Positions 1 through 9,742 of a stretch of DNA of 64,000 nt are shown piece after piece. Numbering within the stretch: position 1 is the stretch's first letter; each line of letters begins with the position of its first letter. The stretch comes from a virus: positions 35,792 through 99,791 of IMG/VR virus record IMGVR_UViG_3300042894_004766. One strand, written 5' to 3'. Both the position numbers and the translations under genes were made by a program. The notes below the pieces were generated by a model. The model made no database searches. It saw nothing but the letters and a program-made list of their open reading frames with translations, and was not told the origin of the DNA.

Positions 1-672
1 ACAAAAGATAGTATTGTTAAATCACCAAAAGAACCAGAAATAGTTGATAATAAAGATATAAAGAGTAAAAATGTTACAAAAACTAAGGTAAAAAATGATA
101 CACCGATAATTAAACCAAGTGAAATTAGACCTAGAGGTTTAATTGCTTACTCTGTCCCTACTGAAATGGAAGTTGGTGATGATTACTTAGTAAAAGTAAG
201 AATAAGTAAGAAGGATGATAGAACAGTTTTATTAGTTGGTGATAGAGAAATTCCTATATCAGATAATTTAGAAGATGTTAGAGTTGAATCCATAACAGTT
301 TCTCCAATAATGTCTGCAAGTTTATTATCAAGTAAAAGAGATTTTGAAATAACTTCATTATCAACAGAAATTCAAAATATAGATGATGAGGGATATACTG
401 AATGGAGTTGGAGTGTAATTCCTTTACAAGGTGGTGAAAATAATTTAAAACTTAATGTAAAAATTAGAATACAAGAAGAAGGTAAAGACTATTATAAGGA
501 TATTACCGTCTTTGAGAGAAAGATAAAAGTCAAGTCTAATCTGGGTTCCAGTATAAAAGACTTTATATTCAAAAACTGGGAGTGGTTTATGGGTGTAATT
601 TTTATTCCACTTTTTCAATGGTTTTGGCTATTGTGGAAGAGAAGAAAAGAAAAAAAAGAAGAAGATGTTTAA
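1..672 (+). CDS. 5'-truncated membrane-anchored protein (C-terminal TM helix)
   Basis: Frame 1 is open from base 1 to the stop at 672. C-terminal hydrophobic stretch WEWFMGVIFIPLFQWFWLLW is followed by a basic tail. Confidence 0.7.
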   Translation, partial: TKDSIVKSPKEPEIVDNKDIKSKNVTKTKVKNDTPIIKPSEIRPRGLIAYSVPTEMEVGDDYLVKVRISKKDDRTVLLVGDREIPISDNLEDVRVESITVSPIMSASLLSSKRDFEITSLSTEIQNIDDEGYTEWSWSVIPLQGGENNLKLNVKIRIQEEGKDYYKDITVFERKIKVKSNLGSSIKDFIFKNWEWFMGVIFIPLFQWFWLLWKRRKEKKEEDV

Positions 673-737
673 TTACATCTTTTTTTATTATAAACATAAT
701 TGTATAATTTGAATACAAATAAAAATAAATAAATATT

Positions 738-1970
738 ATGGATAATATAAATCTAGTAGAGTCTTTTTCAGAGTTAAAAGACATAAAAAACATTGATAAG
801 GAATCAATGATTAAAGTAATGCAAGAAGTTTTCAGAACTATTATTGTTAAAAAATATGGTTCTTCTGATAATTTCGACGTTATTGTAAATCCTAATAAAG
901 GTGATTTAGAAATCTGGAGAAACCGAACTATTGTTGAAGATGATTATGAAGATTTTGATGAAAATCTACATATTACATTAAGTGATGCTCTTAATGTAGA
1001 ACCTGACTTTGAAGTTGGAGAGGATTTAACAGATGAAGTTAAAATTACTGACTTTGGAAGACGTTCAATTTCATCAATTCGTCAAATACTTAAATCTAAA
1101 ATTATTGATTTGGGTAAAGAAACTTTGTATAAAAAATATAAAGATAGAGAAGGAGAGATATTCACTTGTGAAGTTCATCAAATTTTAAGAAAAGAAACTA
1201 TTGTTATTGATGATGAGGGTAATGAATTTGTTTTACCTAAAACTGAACAAGTACCTGGTGACTTTTATAGAAAAGCTGACTCAATTAGAGCGATTTTACA
1301 AAGTGTAACTATTGAAAATGGTAAACTTTTTATGACATTATCAAGAACTTCTAATAAATTCTTAGAAAAATTATTTGAACTTGAAATACCTGAAGTATTT
1401 GATGGTTTAATCACAGTTAAAGCAGTTGTTAGAGAACCTGGTTTTAAAGCAAAAGTTGCAGTTGAGTCTTATGATGATAGAATTGATCCAGTTGGAACTT
1501 GTGTTGGAGTTAAAGGTAGTAGAATACATAGTATTGTAAGAGAACTTAATAATGAAAACATTGATGTTATCAATTACACTACAAATAAATCATTATTTGT
1601 TATGAGAGCACTTGGTCAAAGTAAATCAACTGTTGAGTTAAATGAAGAGAAGAAAACTGCTAATGTGATTATACCTTCTGAAAATATTTCGTTAGCAATC
1701 GGTAAAGGTGGTATGAATATTAAACTTGCAAGTAAAATAAGTGGATATAAAATAAATGTATTTTCTGATGTTGAACACAATGAAGACGTTTTATTAGAAG
1801 ATTTCTCTGATGAAATTGATGGTTGGATTATTGATGAGTTTAGAAAAGTTGGATTTGACACTGCTAAAAGTGTATTAAAAGCAGACTTTAATTACATTGT
1901 AAAACAAACAGATCTTGAAGAAGAAACAATAAGAGAAGTTATTAGAATTTTAGAAATAGAATTTAATTAA
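738..1970 (+). CDS. nusA: Transcription termination/antitermination factor NusA, Bacteroidota type
   Basis: N-terminal domain, S1 domain and KH motifs (FELEIPEV, REPGFKAKVAV, DPVGTCVGVKGSRI, LAIGKGGMNIKLAS). Bacteroidota-type C-terminus DEIDGWIIDEF...DLEEETI. Confidence 0.96.
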   Translation: MDNINLVESFSELKDIKNIDKESMIKVMQEVFRTIIVKKYGSSDNFDVIVNPNKGDLEIWRNRTIVEDDYEDFDENLHITLSDALNVEPDFEVGEDLTDEVKITDFGRRSISSIRQILKSKIIDLGKETLYKKYKDREGEIFTCEVHQILRKETIVIDDEGNEFVLPKTEQVPGDFYRKADSIRAILQSVTIENGKLFMTLSRTSNKFLEKLFELEIPEVFDGLITVKAVVREPGFKAKVAVESYDDRIDPVGTCVGVKGSRIHSIVRELNNENIDVINYTTNKSLFVMRALGQSKSTVELNEEKKTANVIIPSENISLAIGKGGMNIKLASKISGYKINVFSDVEHNEDVLLEDFSDEIDGWIIDEFRKVGFDTAKSVLKADFNYIVKQTDLEEETIREVIRILEIEFN

Positions 1971-1998
1971 AAAAAGAGACTCAAATGAGTCTCTTTTT
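1969..1998. terminator. Bidirectional intrinsic terminator
   Basis: AAAAAAGAGACTCA-AA-TGAGTCTCTTTTTT hairpin between convergent genes. Confidence 0.85.
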
Positions 1999-2579
1999 TA
2001 TTTTATTAAGTAAAGTTTAAAGTCACTAGACTTTGGTCTCTCATTTACAAAGTAATACTTTTCTGTTATACCATTATATTTTATAGTTTTAAGAAAAGCA
2101 TCTGGTACTGTTGCTCCAGTTGGTAACTTAATTGATTTATTAGAAAAGATAAGTTTTATTTCAACATCCACTGTATATTTTTTAGCTAGTTCTCTCTCAT
2201 ATACTTCAAGAAATCTCCAAGTTCCTCTATTTAAGTATTGATCTTGTAATGTACAGTTTAAATAAGTGAAAGTTTTAAATAACATTACTTTATCACAATT
2301 AAAGTCTGCTGCTGGTGCACAATGACCTTTGTCATAAATATTATTCTCATAATCCTTTGCATCGGATGTTTTATAACTCTTTTCAGTATAGAAGTCCATA
2401 CCCTGTCTTGATGCTTTACCATCTTGACAAAGTACACGGTACTTAATTCTTAATGGTTGTTCAAACTTTTCTGAATACGACACTTCAAAAATATCTGTTT
2501 TAACTAACACACTATCTCTAATAACTTGAGAGTAACTAATAGTTGTTACAAATAATAAAATTGATAATAATTTCTTCAT
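1998..2579 (-). CDS. Exported DNA/RNA non-specific endonuclease (NucA/EndoG family)
   Basis: YDKGHCAPAAD active-site motif, LNRGTWRFLE, VPDAFLK. N-terminal signal peptide ending ISYS|Q. Confidence 0.9.
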   Translation of the reverse strand: MKKLLSILLFVTTISYSQVIRDSVLVKTDIFEVSYSEKFEQPLRIKYRVLCQDGKASRQGMDFYTEKSYKTSDAKDYENNIYDKGHCAPAADFNCDKVMLFKTFTYLNCTLQDQYLNRGTWRFLEVYERELAKKYTVDVEIKLIFSNKSIKLPTGATVPDAFLKTIKYNGITEKYYFVNERPKSSDFKLYLIK

Positions 2580-2598
2580 TTCTTCATTTTTTTTAGCT

Positions 2599-2632
2599 TA
2601 TTTTTATATATTAAACTTAATATATAAAAATA
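2599..2632. promoter_or_regulatory. Back-to-back late promoters (TTAATATATA) forming a 16-bp perfect inverted repeat
   Basis: TATTTTTATATATTAA-AC-TTAATATATAAAAATA between divergent genes. Confidence 0.7.
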
Positions 2633-2787
2633 TGAAAAATATATTTGGTGTTTTTTTATTGATTATCTCTCTTGTAATAGGGGCCTTGGTAGATATGAAC
2701 TTCTTTATACAAGTTAGACTTCCTATATTTAGTTCTTTTGTTATATTCTTATTAGGAATATATTTACTTATTGAAAAGAAAGATTAG
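2632..2787 (+). CDS. Small 2-TM membrane protein, 51 aa (not in ORF track)
   Basis: Manual translation MKNIFGVFLLIISLVIGALVDMNFFIQVRLPIFSSFVIFLLGIYLLIEKKD. Late motif immediately upstream. Confidence 0.6.
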   Translation: MKNIFGVFLLIISLVIGALVDMNFFIQVRLPIFSSFVIFLLGIYLLIEKKD

Positions 2788-2954
2788 TTTACAACTACAT
2801 AAACCATTATCTTACTATGTTCTTTGATAAATTTAATCTCACCATAAAATCCTAGTTCTTTGGCTTTTTGTTCATATTTATCATAAATCTCATCAAAGTT
2901 ATTATCAACAACTTTGACTTTCTCAATTCCTAGTTTTTTTAATAATAATTCCAT
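2784..2954 (-). CDS. Small hypothetical protein, 56 aa (not in ORF track)
   Basis: Manual translation MELLLKKLGIEKVKVVDNNFDEIYDKYEQKAKELGFYGEIKFIKEHSKIMVYVVVN. AAATATATA motif just upstream. Confidence 0.6.
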   Translation of the reverse strand: MELLLKKLGIEKVKVVDNNFDEIYDKYEQKAKELGFYGEIKFIKEHSKIMVYVVVN

Positions 2955-3005
2955 ATTGTATATATTTTATATTTCAACTCCTAAGAATAATTTCATATAA
3001 TTATT

Positions 3006-3515
3006 ATGAAATTAAAAGTTTACATTTCCGGATACGGTGCTGAAGTTACTCAAGGAACCTTAACAAATGAAAAAGTTGAGAAAATATACGAGTCACATGA
3101 TTCATTAGAAGAATACTTTAGTCAATATGTTGATGATGATTTTAGTTGGTATGAGATTGATGATAACTTTCATTGCTCTGCTGCTTATTTAGAAGAATCT
3201 TCTATTCAAATTATTGACGAACAAGGTGCAACTATATATGAAAGACCTTGTGATGAATTGATTTATGATGAAGTAATAACAGAACCTATTTATTCTACTG
3301 ATGAGGAATGTGCTATTACCTGTGTATCTACTGAAAAAGGTACTTTTTTTGAAGGAGATTTTGAAATTGAAGAATTTAATCCAGAGTTACTTACTTTGAA
3401 AATTAAAAGATTGGAAAGTTTTAAAATGGTTTCTGAAGTATTCTATAATGGTGTAGAAATACCTGGTGATTTTGTTTTCTCTAATGGGAAAGACTTTAAT
3501 GTTTATATTGACTAA
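3006..3515 (+). CDS. Acidic hypothetical protein
   Basis: ORF preceded by CAAC-N17-TATAAT (2975-3001). Confidence 0.7.
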   Translation: MKLKVYISGYGAEVTQGTLTNEKVEKIYESHDSLEEYFSQYVDDDFSWYEIDDNFHCSAAYLEESSIQIIDEQGATIYERPCDELIYDEVITEPIYSTDEECAITCVSTEKGTFFEGDFEIEEFNPELLTLKIKRLESFKMVSEVFYNGVEIPGDFVFSNGKDFNVYID

Positions 3516-4186
3516 CTCTTCTTTAAAGGTATTGCAGGATTTACATCAAAATTATCATTAAGATAAGTTTTTAACTCATTTTCTATATAATGATCTGGTA
3601 CTAATTTACCATCATCTTCCTTTTCCATTTTATCACTAATAAATGATGTGAAACTATTTACTACTTCAGGTTTAAGTGCTTCAATCAATCTATCCGATAC
3701 TACAAATGCTCTTGAAAATCTATCTTTTAGTGGAACTTCACCTTCTGGTAACATCATATAAGTATCAATAGTTTTCTTTAAGAAATCGGTATATTTAGAT
3801 TGTGGTTCTAAATATTCAAATAATGTATCAAATACTCTGTGTACTAAACGAGAGGAACCAAATATTGTACCTACTACTGCAAGTACTGGAAAGAAAGGTG
3901 CTAATGATAAAGGAATTGCAATTGGTAAGATATTAAATATATTTTTCTTTAGTGTAGTTTTCTTTTTTGCGTCAACCGCGTCTTTAAATATTGCTCTAAG
4001 AATACCAAATGTAAAATTCTCACCTTTAGAATGTAAGTAAGTAGCTAAGTGTCCTTGTTTAGATAAAGAGATTTGTTTTTTCAATTCTTCTTTATCAGTC
4101 ACACCCATTTTAATAAGTTGTTCTTTTATATTTTTATCATATCTTTCTACGATTAGAAAATCACTATATTTCTTTACTTTTTTCAT
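3512..4186 (-). CDS. Hypothetical protein with CTS-like N-terminal tag and central hydrophobic hairpin
   Basis: Starts MKKVKKYSDFLIVE. Hydrophobic segment ILPIAIPLSLAPFFPVLAVVGTIFG. Confidence 0.7.
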   Translation of the reverse strand: MKKVKKYSDFLIVERYDKNIKEQLIKMGVTDKEELKKQISLSKQGHLATYLHSKGENFTFGILRAIFKDAVDAKKKTTLKKNIFNILPIAIPLSLAPFFPVLAVVGTIFGSSRLVHRVFDTLFEYLEPQSKYTDFLKKTIDTYMMLPEGEVPLKDRFSRAFVVSDRLIEALKPEVVNSFTSFISDKMEKEDDGKLVPDHYIENELKTYLNDNFDVNPAIPLKKS

Positions 4187-4250
4187 ATTAAATTATTATT
4201 GTTTTCAATCTATATAAAAACAAAGATTATTTTTTACTATATATAAAATT

Positions 4251-5594
4251 ATGATAACAGAAAAAACAATTTCAGACTTTCTTTCACTTGAGTATAAAGA
4301 GTTCGCGATGTATTCTATTGAAGGTAGGGCAATACCATCAGTTGTTGATGGTTTTAAACCAACACAGAGAAAGATCATTCACATCTCCAATCAAATATGG
4401 AGAACAGGTAATGAGAAGAATCTAAAGGTATTTCAATTGGCTGGTAAAGTAGCATCAGATGCTTTCTATCATCATGGTAATACCTCATTAGAAAATGCTA
4501 TTGTTACAATGGCACAAAAATTTAAAAATAATGCTGCTTTATTAGAAGAAGATGGACAATTTGGTTCATTACGTTCTCCACAACCGGGTGCTGCTAGATA
4601 TATTGGAACAAAATTAAGTGATAACTTTAGATTGATTTATAAAGATTTTGATTTACTTGAATATAAAGAAGAAGAAGGTGAAACAATTGAACCTAGATAC
4701 TTTCTACCAATCATTCCAACTGTATTGCTGAATGGTTCAAGTGGAATTGCAGTTGGATTTGCTTCTAATGTGTTAAATAGAGACATTAAAAGCATTATTG
4801 ATACTTGTGTGAGAGTTATTGAGGGTAAAAAAATAACGAGTATTAAACCGTCTTTAAATGAGTTTACAGGTGAATTCATACAAGATAAGGAAAATCCTAA
4901 GAGATGGATAATAAGAGGTTTATTTCAAAGAGTAAATACATCAACTGTTAGAATAACAGAATTACCACCTTCTATGACTTATGAAAAGTATGAAGAGATA
5001 CTAGATAAACTAGTTGATAATAAAGATATTGTATCATATGATGATAATTGTAAAGATAATATAGATTATACAATTAAATTCCAAAGAGCTGTTCTAGAGG
5101 GTATTGATGATACTGCGATGATAAAGTTGTTAAAATTAGAAGAATCATCAACTGAGATATTTACAACACTTGATGAGTTTGGTAAATTAAAAATATTTGA
5201 AACATCTGAAGAGATTATAGAATACTTTACTAAATTTAGACTAACTTATTATGATATAAGAAAACAACACACTTTGGATAAACTTAATAGAGAATTAAAG
5301 ATATTAAGTAATAGAGGTAGATTTATTAAAGCTATTTTAGATGAGAAACTAAAAATAAATAATGTTTCTAAGGCAGAAATTATATTAAGTATAGAATCAC
5401 TAGGTTTAGAACAAATAGATGACTCTTATGATTACTTATTAAGAATGTCACTTTACTCTTTAACAAAAGAGTTATTTGAAAAAATGAAGCAGGACTTCAC
5501 TGCGAAAAAAGAAGAAATTAAAATATTAGAATCTACTGATCCAAAAGATATGTATCTACTAGATTTAAGTGAATTAAAAAAGAAGTTTAAATAG
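4251..5594 (+). CDS. gp52: Type II DNA topoisomerase, GyrA/ParC-like subunit (T4 gp52-like)
   Basis: RAIPSVVDGFKPTQRKI, YHHGNTSL, GQFGS..AARYI (catalytic Tyr), LLNGSSGIAVGF, ITELP. Confidence 0.95.
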   Translation: MITEKTISDFLSLEYKEFAMYSIEGRAIPSVVDGFKPTQRKIIHISNQIWRTGNEKNLKVFQLAGKVASDAFYHHGNTSLENAIVTMAQKFKNNAALLEEDGQFGSLRSPQPGAARYIGTKLSDNFRLIYKDFDLLEYKEEEGETIEPRYFLPIIPTVLLNGSSGIAVGFASNVLNRDIKSIIDTCVRVIEGKKITSIKPSLNEFTGEFIQDKENPKRWIIRGLFQRVNTSTVRITELPPSMTYEKYEEILDKLVDNKDIVSYDDNCKDNIDYTIKFQRAVLEGIDDTAMIKLLKLEESSTEIFTTLDEFGKLKIFETSEEIIEYFTKFRLTYYDIRKQHTLDKLNRELKILSNRGRFIKAILDEKLKINNVSKAEIILSIESLGLEQIDDSYDYLLRMSLYSLTKELFEKMKQDFTAKKEEIKILESTDPKDMYLLDLSELKKKFK

Positions 5595-5616
5595 TTGAAC
5601 ATTTGATTTTTTTCAC

Positions 5617-5624
5617 TATATTTG
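5617..5624 (+). promoter_or_regulatory. Bacteroidota housekeeping -7 promoter element (TAnnTTTG)
   Basis: TATATTTG with TTG 19 nt upstream, 17 nt before the ATG at 5642. Confidence 0.7.
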
Positions 5625-5641
5625 TAAAAATTATAATAAAG

Positions 5642-6910
5642 ATGAAAGAACAATTAAACCAACTTATAAATGAAAGATCTCCTGGATCTAAACCAATCTT
5701 CTTGGTTATTAGGGGATCACACGCATACGGAACTAATATAGAGACTTCTGATACCGATTATGCGGGTGTATTTATCCAATCATTGGATGATATTCTTGGT
5801 AGTAAATACAAACAGCAAGTAAATGATGATACTAATGATACTGTAATCTATGAGTTACGTAGATTTTTAGAATTATTGGCTAGTAATAACCCAACAGTTT
5901 TAGAATTACTTAATACTCCAGAAGATTGTATTATCTATAAAGATCCTATTTTTGATTTAATATTAGAAAATAGAGAACAATTTATTACTAAAATCTGTGC
6001 TAACTCTTTTGGTGGTTATGCAAGAGCTCAAATTGGTAAAGCAAAGGGTCAAAATAAAAAACAAAACTGGGAAAAAGATAAGGTAACTCGTAAAGATTTA
6101 CTTGACTTTTGTTACGTTATTCAAGGAACAAAAGCTATTCCATGGAAAAAATGGAATGATGGTAGATTTGATGAAAGATTTATTGGTGCAGTAAATGTTC
6201 CATATGCAAAAGATGTTTATACCTTATTCTATGATACTGAATCTGATATGATGTTCTCTGGTAAAGAGAAAAAAGAGTTAAGTGATATGATGATTCAACA
6301 ACGTAAAGACTCTGGTCGAGCATTGGGTCTTGGTTATAAAGGATTGGTTAAAGTTGGTTCGACTACTATTGATAGAAGTAAACTTACTAATATGACTGAT
6401 GAACAAATTGATAGACTTGAGTTAGTTTTTCAAAAAGAAGCAGAAAAGAACTTAGGTGTCTCAAATCAATTGAGGCTATCTTCAATTCCAAAAGGACAAG
6501 AACCATTTTGTACTATTACTTATAACAAAGATGGATATTCAGAACATTGTAAAGACTTTAGAGAGTATGAAGAATGGTTATCAAAAAGAAATCTTCAAAG
6601 ATGGGTAGATGTTAAGTCTCACGGTCAACAAATTGATGGTAAGAATATGATGCACTGTCGTAGATTGATGGATATGGCTCGTGAGATTGCAGAAGGTAAG
6701 GGTATCCTTGTTAAAAGAGATAATGCACAAGAACTTCTTTCAATTAGAAGAGGTGAAATAGATTTACAAACTTTGATTGATCATGTTGAAAGTGAGATTA
6801 AAGAAGTAGATACTTTGTTTAAAGAATCAGATTTACCAGAAAAGGTAGATGAAAATTTTATAAATAGTTTATTAGTAAAAATTAGAAAATCAGTTTATGG
6901 TATACAGTAA
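5642..6910 (+). CDS. Pol-beta superfamily nucleotidyltransferase (YcgL/RlaP-like)
   Basis: GSHAYGTNIETSDTD motif, NNPTVLELL, GKNMMHCRRL, LLSIRRG. Start moved to the ATG at 5642. Confidence 0.85.
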   Translation: MKEQLNQLINERSPGSKPIFLVIRGSHAYGTNIETSDTDYAGVFIQSLDDILGSKYKQQVNDDTNDTVIYELRRFLELLASNNPTVLELLNTPEDCIIYKDPIFDLILENREQFITKICANSFGGYARAQIGKAKGQNKKQNWEKDKVTRKDLLDFCYVIQGTKAIPWKKWNDGRFDERFIGAVNVPYAKDVYTLFYDTESDMMFSGKEKKELSDMMIQQRKDSGRALGLGYKGLVKVGSTTIDRSKLTNMTDEQIDRLELVFQKEAEKNLGVSNQLRLSSIPKGQEPFCTITYNKDGYSEHCKDFREYEEWLSKRNLQRWVDVKSHGQQIDGKNMMHCRRLMDMAREIAEGKGILVKRDNAQELLSIRRGEIDLQTLIDHVESEIKEVDTLFKESDLPEKVDENFINSLLVKIRKSVYGIQ

Positions 6911-7520
6911 CATTGCAATTATTATAGGGTTCTTTTGTTTAGGATATCTATTTAATAATCTTTTAAGAAAGATTGTTGAGGGATATAACGATAGTAAGTA
7001 TCGAAAGGAAATTACGTCTATTTTTCAAAATGTATTAGATAATCTTTATACAAATAAGACAAGTTTTGTTAGTCGAATCAATAACACTGTTACTATTATG
7101 ACAGAGTTGAATGAGGGTATAGTAAATGTTGTTTATCTTATGGATAGACGTGATATTGCTATATTTAAGGGAGATAAGTGTATCTATACATCAGATTCAA
7201 TAGATAAATCATTGGTTGATGAAATCATTGTGGGTTTAGATGTTTTCTATAAACGTGAGATAAATGATGTTGTAAATGTAATGGGAATGGTCTTCTCTCG
7301 TGATGAATTTGAGAACAAATTCAAAATAAAAGTAGAAGATATGAAGAAGGGTATGTTTGGTGGTTTTCCAAAAGAAGAAATGTCAGATATTGAAAAGATA
7401 AAAAGACAGAATGAGGTAAAGTTTAATATAGATGATATATTAGATAGAATTACATCTGTTGGTATTGAAAATCTTACACCAGAGGAAAAAAGATTTTTAG
7501 ATAGTTATAACAATGAATAA
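6897..7520 (+). CDS. Membrane-anchored protein with C-terminal DUF6576-like motif
   Basis: N-terminal TM helix. C-terminal IDDILDRITSVGIENLTPEEKRFL. Confidence 0.7.
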   Translation: MVYSNIAIIIGFFCLGYLFNNLLRKIVEGYNDSKYRKEITSIFQNVLDNLYTNKTSFVSRINNTVTIMTELNEGIVNVVYLMDRRDIAIFKGDKCIYTSDSIDKSLVDEIIVGLDVFYKREINDVVNVMGMVFSRDEFENKFKIKVEDMKKGMFGGFPKEEMSDIEKIKRQNEVKFNIDDILDRITSVGIENLTPEEKRFLDSYNNE

Positions 7521-7854
7521 TCTAGAATTAAATGGATTTAACTCTAATTTTGGTGACTTTAAAATAGTATCAATTTTAAGTGATTATGAGAATCACTGGA
7601 TATTAGGTTTAACTTCTATTATTCTTGAAAGAGATAGTTTGTATTTTTATATTCAAGATGATAAAGAAAAGATTTCCGATGTTTCTAAGATGCCAATTTA
7701 TATAAAAGAGGATTGGATAAATTATAATAAAAAAGATTTAAGTTTAGATATTATAAACAAACATATTAAGTATTATAAAAATGATGATGAAGATATGTTT
7801 AATTTACTAATGACAATACGAAGAGATTTTATACTTACAAAGTATGTTAAATAA
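7513..7854 (+). CDS. Hypothetical protein
   Basis: Overlaps the stop of the upstream gene and ends at a terminator. Confidence 0.65.
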   Translation: MNNLELNGFNSNFGDFKIVSILSDYENHWILGLTSIILERDSLYFYIQDDKEKISDVSKMPIYIKEDWINYNKKDLSLDIINKHIKYYKNDDEDMFNLLMTIRRDFILTKYVK

Positions 7855-7884
7855 AAAAACCACTCATTGAGTGGTTTTTTTTTA
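7852..7884. terminator. Bidirectional intrinsic terminator
   Basis: AAAAAAACCACTCA-T-TGAGTGGTTTTTTT between convergent genes. Confidence 0.8.
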
Positions 7885-7889
7885 TTAGA

Positions 7890-8465
7890 TTAAAGTGGTA
7901 ATTCTTCCTCTTCGTCTTCTTCTTTAGGTTCTTCTTCTTCTTGAGCTTGTCCTTGTGCAGGTGCTTGAGCTTGTCCTTGTGCAGGTGCTTGAGCTTGTCC
8001 TTGTGCAGGTGCTTGAGCTTGTCCTTGTGCAGGTTCTTCAAATTCTCCTTCTGCCGGTGCTTGAGCTTGTGGTTGTGCTTCAGTTTGTACTTGAGCTTGT
8101 GGTTGAGTTTGAGCTTGTGGTTGAGCTTGTGGTTCAGTTTGTACTTGAACTTGTCCTTGACCTTGTGTCTGTGCTTGAGTTTGACCACCCATTATAGCAC
8201 CACCAGGAATCTTATCTATATCTAAGAAAGTAGTTGTTACATATTTAATAATTTCTTCTGCAATATCTACATCACCAAAAAATTGACGTAAGTTTTTACC
8301 TGTTGTATCTTTTACTTTTTTAACATAAGCGTTGATTAAAGATTGAGGTAAGTCAATCATAGTTTTTACTTTATAAAGATCGTTAACTTGGAAAACAGAT
8401 TCTTTTATAATCTCTTCTCTATTTTTTTGAATACGAAATTTTTCAAATGCTTTAACGTGTTTCAT
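7890..8465 (-). CDS. CTS-tagged protein with Q/A/P-rich low-complexity acidic tail (possible head core/internal protein)
   Basis: Starts [18 protein letters not shown] repeats. Late promoter at 8491-8500. Confidence 0.75.
   Translation of the reverse strand: MKHVKAFEKFRIQKNREEIIKESVFQVNDLYKVKTMIDLPQSLINAYVKKVKDTTGKNLRQFFGDVDIAEEIIKYVTTTFLDIDKIPGGAIMGGQTQAQTQGQGQVQVQTEPQAQPQAQTQPQAQVQTEAQPQAQAPAEGEFEEPAQGQAQAPAQGQAQAPAQGQAQAPAQGQAQEEEEPKEEDEEEELPL
7940..8034. repeat. Coding tandem repeat, 4 x 24 bp
   Basis: CTTGAGCTTGTCCTTGTGCAGGTG x4 with no spacers, encoding (A)PAQGQAQ. Confidence 0.95.
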
Positions 8466-8533
8466 GTTTTTGTTTATTTTTTATATGATTTATATATTAA
8501 GAATAAAAAGCCATTTTTTGTATTTTTTATAAA

Positions 8534-9052
8534 TTATTGAATAATACCAAATGCTGCCAGTACTAATCCTATTATTACTACAGATCCACCTATTCCACCT
8601 ACTACCATCTTTGTTTTTAGTCTTGATAATTGTTTATTCTTTTCATCAATTACATTTTGTCTATTAACTACTTCTGTTTGTAAAACTTGATTTTTTTGCA
8701 TCCAGCCAATTATTTCTTGTTGTAGTGCATTTATTTTCTCATCTTTCTTAACTAATTGACTATCTTGTTTGGTGATAACAACGTCTAGTTTAGCAATTAC
8801 TTCATCTTTATCATTGATTACCTTTACACATATATTTTCATAATCTTGCATTTCTGCTTGTAACTGTTCAAACTTTTCTAATATATTTGAATTATTATTA
8901 AGTTTCATTGCTTGTGGTATAGTCATAACTATAACTTTTTGTCCAAGTGAATCTACTTCAAACCTTGGATATTTAATTTTTTGTGTAACTTGTGAAAACA
9001 TTGTTGTAAAAACTAATGTCATTAATAGTGTGAATAACTTTCTCATTTTCAT
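8534..9052 (-). CDS. Signal peptide + coiled coil + C-terminal TM protein (spanin-like)
   Basis: Signal peptide ending TMFS|Q, long heptad region, C-terminal VVGGIGGSVVIIGLVLAAFGII. Confidence 0.6.
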   Translation of the reverse strand: MKMRKLFTLLMTLVFTTMFSQVTQKIKYPRFEVDSLGQKVIVMTIPQAMKLNNNSNILEKFEQLQAEMQDYENICVKVINDKDEVIAKLDVVITKQDSQLVKKDEKINALQQEIIGWMQKNQVLQTEVVNRQNVIDEKNKQLSRLKTKMVVGGIGGSVVIIGLVLAAFGIIQ

Positions 9053-9063
9053 TTATTTATTTT

Positions 9064-9675
9064 TTAGTTTTTAATTGTTAAGGTTTGTCCTACTTGTAGA
9101 CCTTTATTTTTTAGAAACTTATTTTGTTCCATTATTTCAGAAACACTTACATTATAAAGTTTAGATAAAGAATATAATGTTTCTTTTCCTTCAACTTTGT
9201 GTAGTATTTTATCTTTTACTTTATTTTCATTTGTTTCGGGTAATTTATCTACCTTTTTCTTTTCTATAGAAGATGTATTTTTTATTAAGTCTTCTAATAG
9301 TTCATCATCGGTAAGAACTTTAGGATTATTTCTTAACTCTTCAATTTCCTTTCTAGTCTTTGCCATACCACCCTGAAGTCTTGATAGATCTTTTTTAGCA
9401 TTCTCTGCATCTTCTTTGGCTCTTTGAGCATTTGCTTTTGCAGTACCTACTTCAATGGCTAGTTTTTTATCCTCTGCATCTTTTTTATTATAAATATCTT
9501 GCCATATTGCAATTTTTGCTTCTGCTGCTTCTTTCTCTTTTTCTAATTTTTTATATTCTTCTTCAAGTTGTTTAACTCTTTGTTTTGATGCATCAAATCC
9601 ACCAAAATACCAAGTAAGACCAAATCCAATAGTTGATACTAGTAAAAATATAATAACAATTTTTTTAAAATCCAT
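9064..9675 (-). CDS. N-terminal TM + coiled coil + C-terminal LysM protein
   Basis: LysM HKVEGKETLYSLSKLYNVSVSEIMEQN...LQVGQTLTI. N-terminal TM helix. Late promoter at 9694-9703. Confidence 0.85.
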   Translation of the reverse strand: MDFKKIVIIFLLVSTIGFGLTWYFGGFDASKQRVKQLEEEYKKLEKEKEAAEAKIAIWQDIYNKKDAEDKKLAIEVGTAKANAQRAKEDAENAKKDLSRLQGGMAKTRKEIEELRNNPKVLTDDELLEDLIKNTSSIEKKKVDKLPETNENKVKDKILHKVEGKETLYSLSKLYNVSVSEIMEQNKFLKNKGLQVGQTLTIKN

Positions 9676-9714
9676 ATTTCTATTATTTTTTATTATATAT
9701 TAAAAAATTATATA

Positions 9715-9722
9715 TATCTTTG
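9715..9722 (+). promoter_or_regulatory. Bacteroidota -7 promoter element
   Basis: TATCTTTG 20 nt upstream of the ATG at 9743. Confidence 0.65.
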
Positions 9723-9742
9723 TATAAAATTTTATAGAAAAT

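Noticed and set aside
7940-8034. 24-bp repeats as a CRISPR array
   Set aside because: Directly tandem with no spacers, and in frame within a coding Q/A/P-rich linker.
7847-8225. Alternative-frame ORFs ([19 protein letters not shown] repeats)
   Set aside because: Shadows of the repeat in the real gene at 7890-8465.
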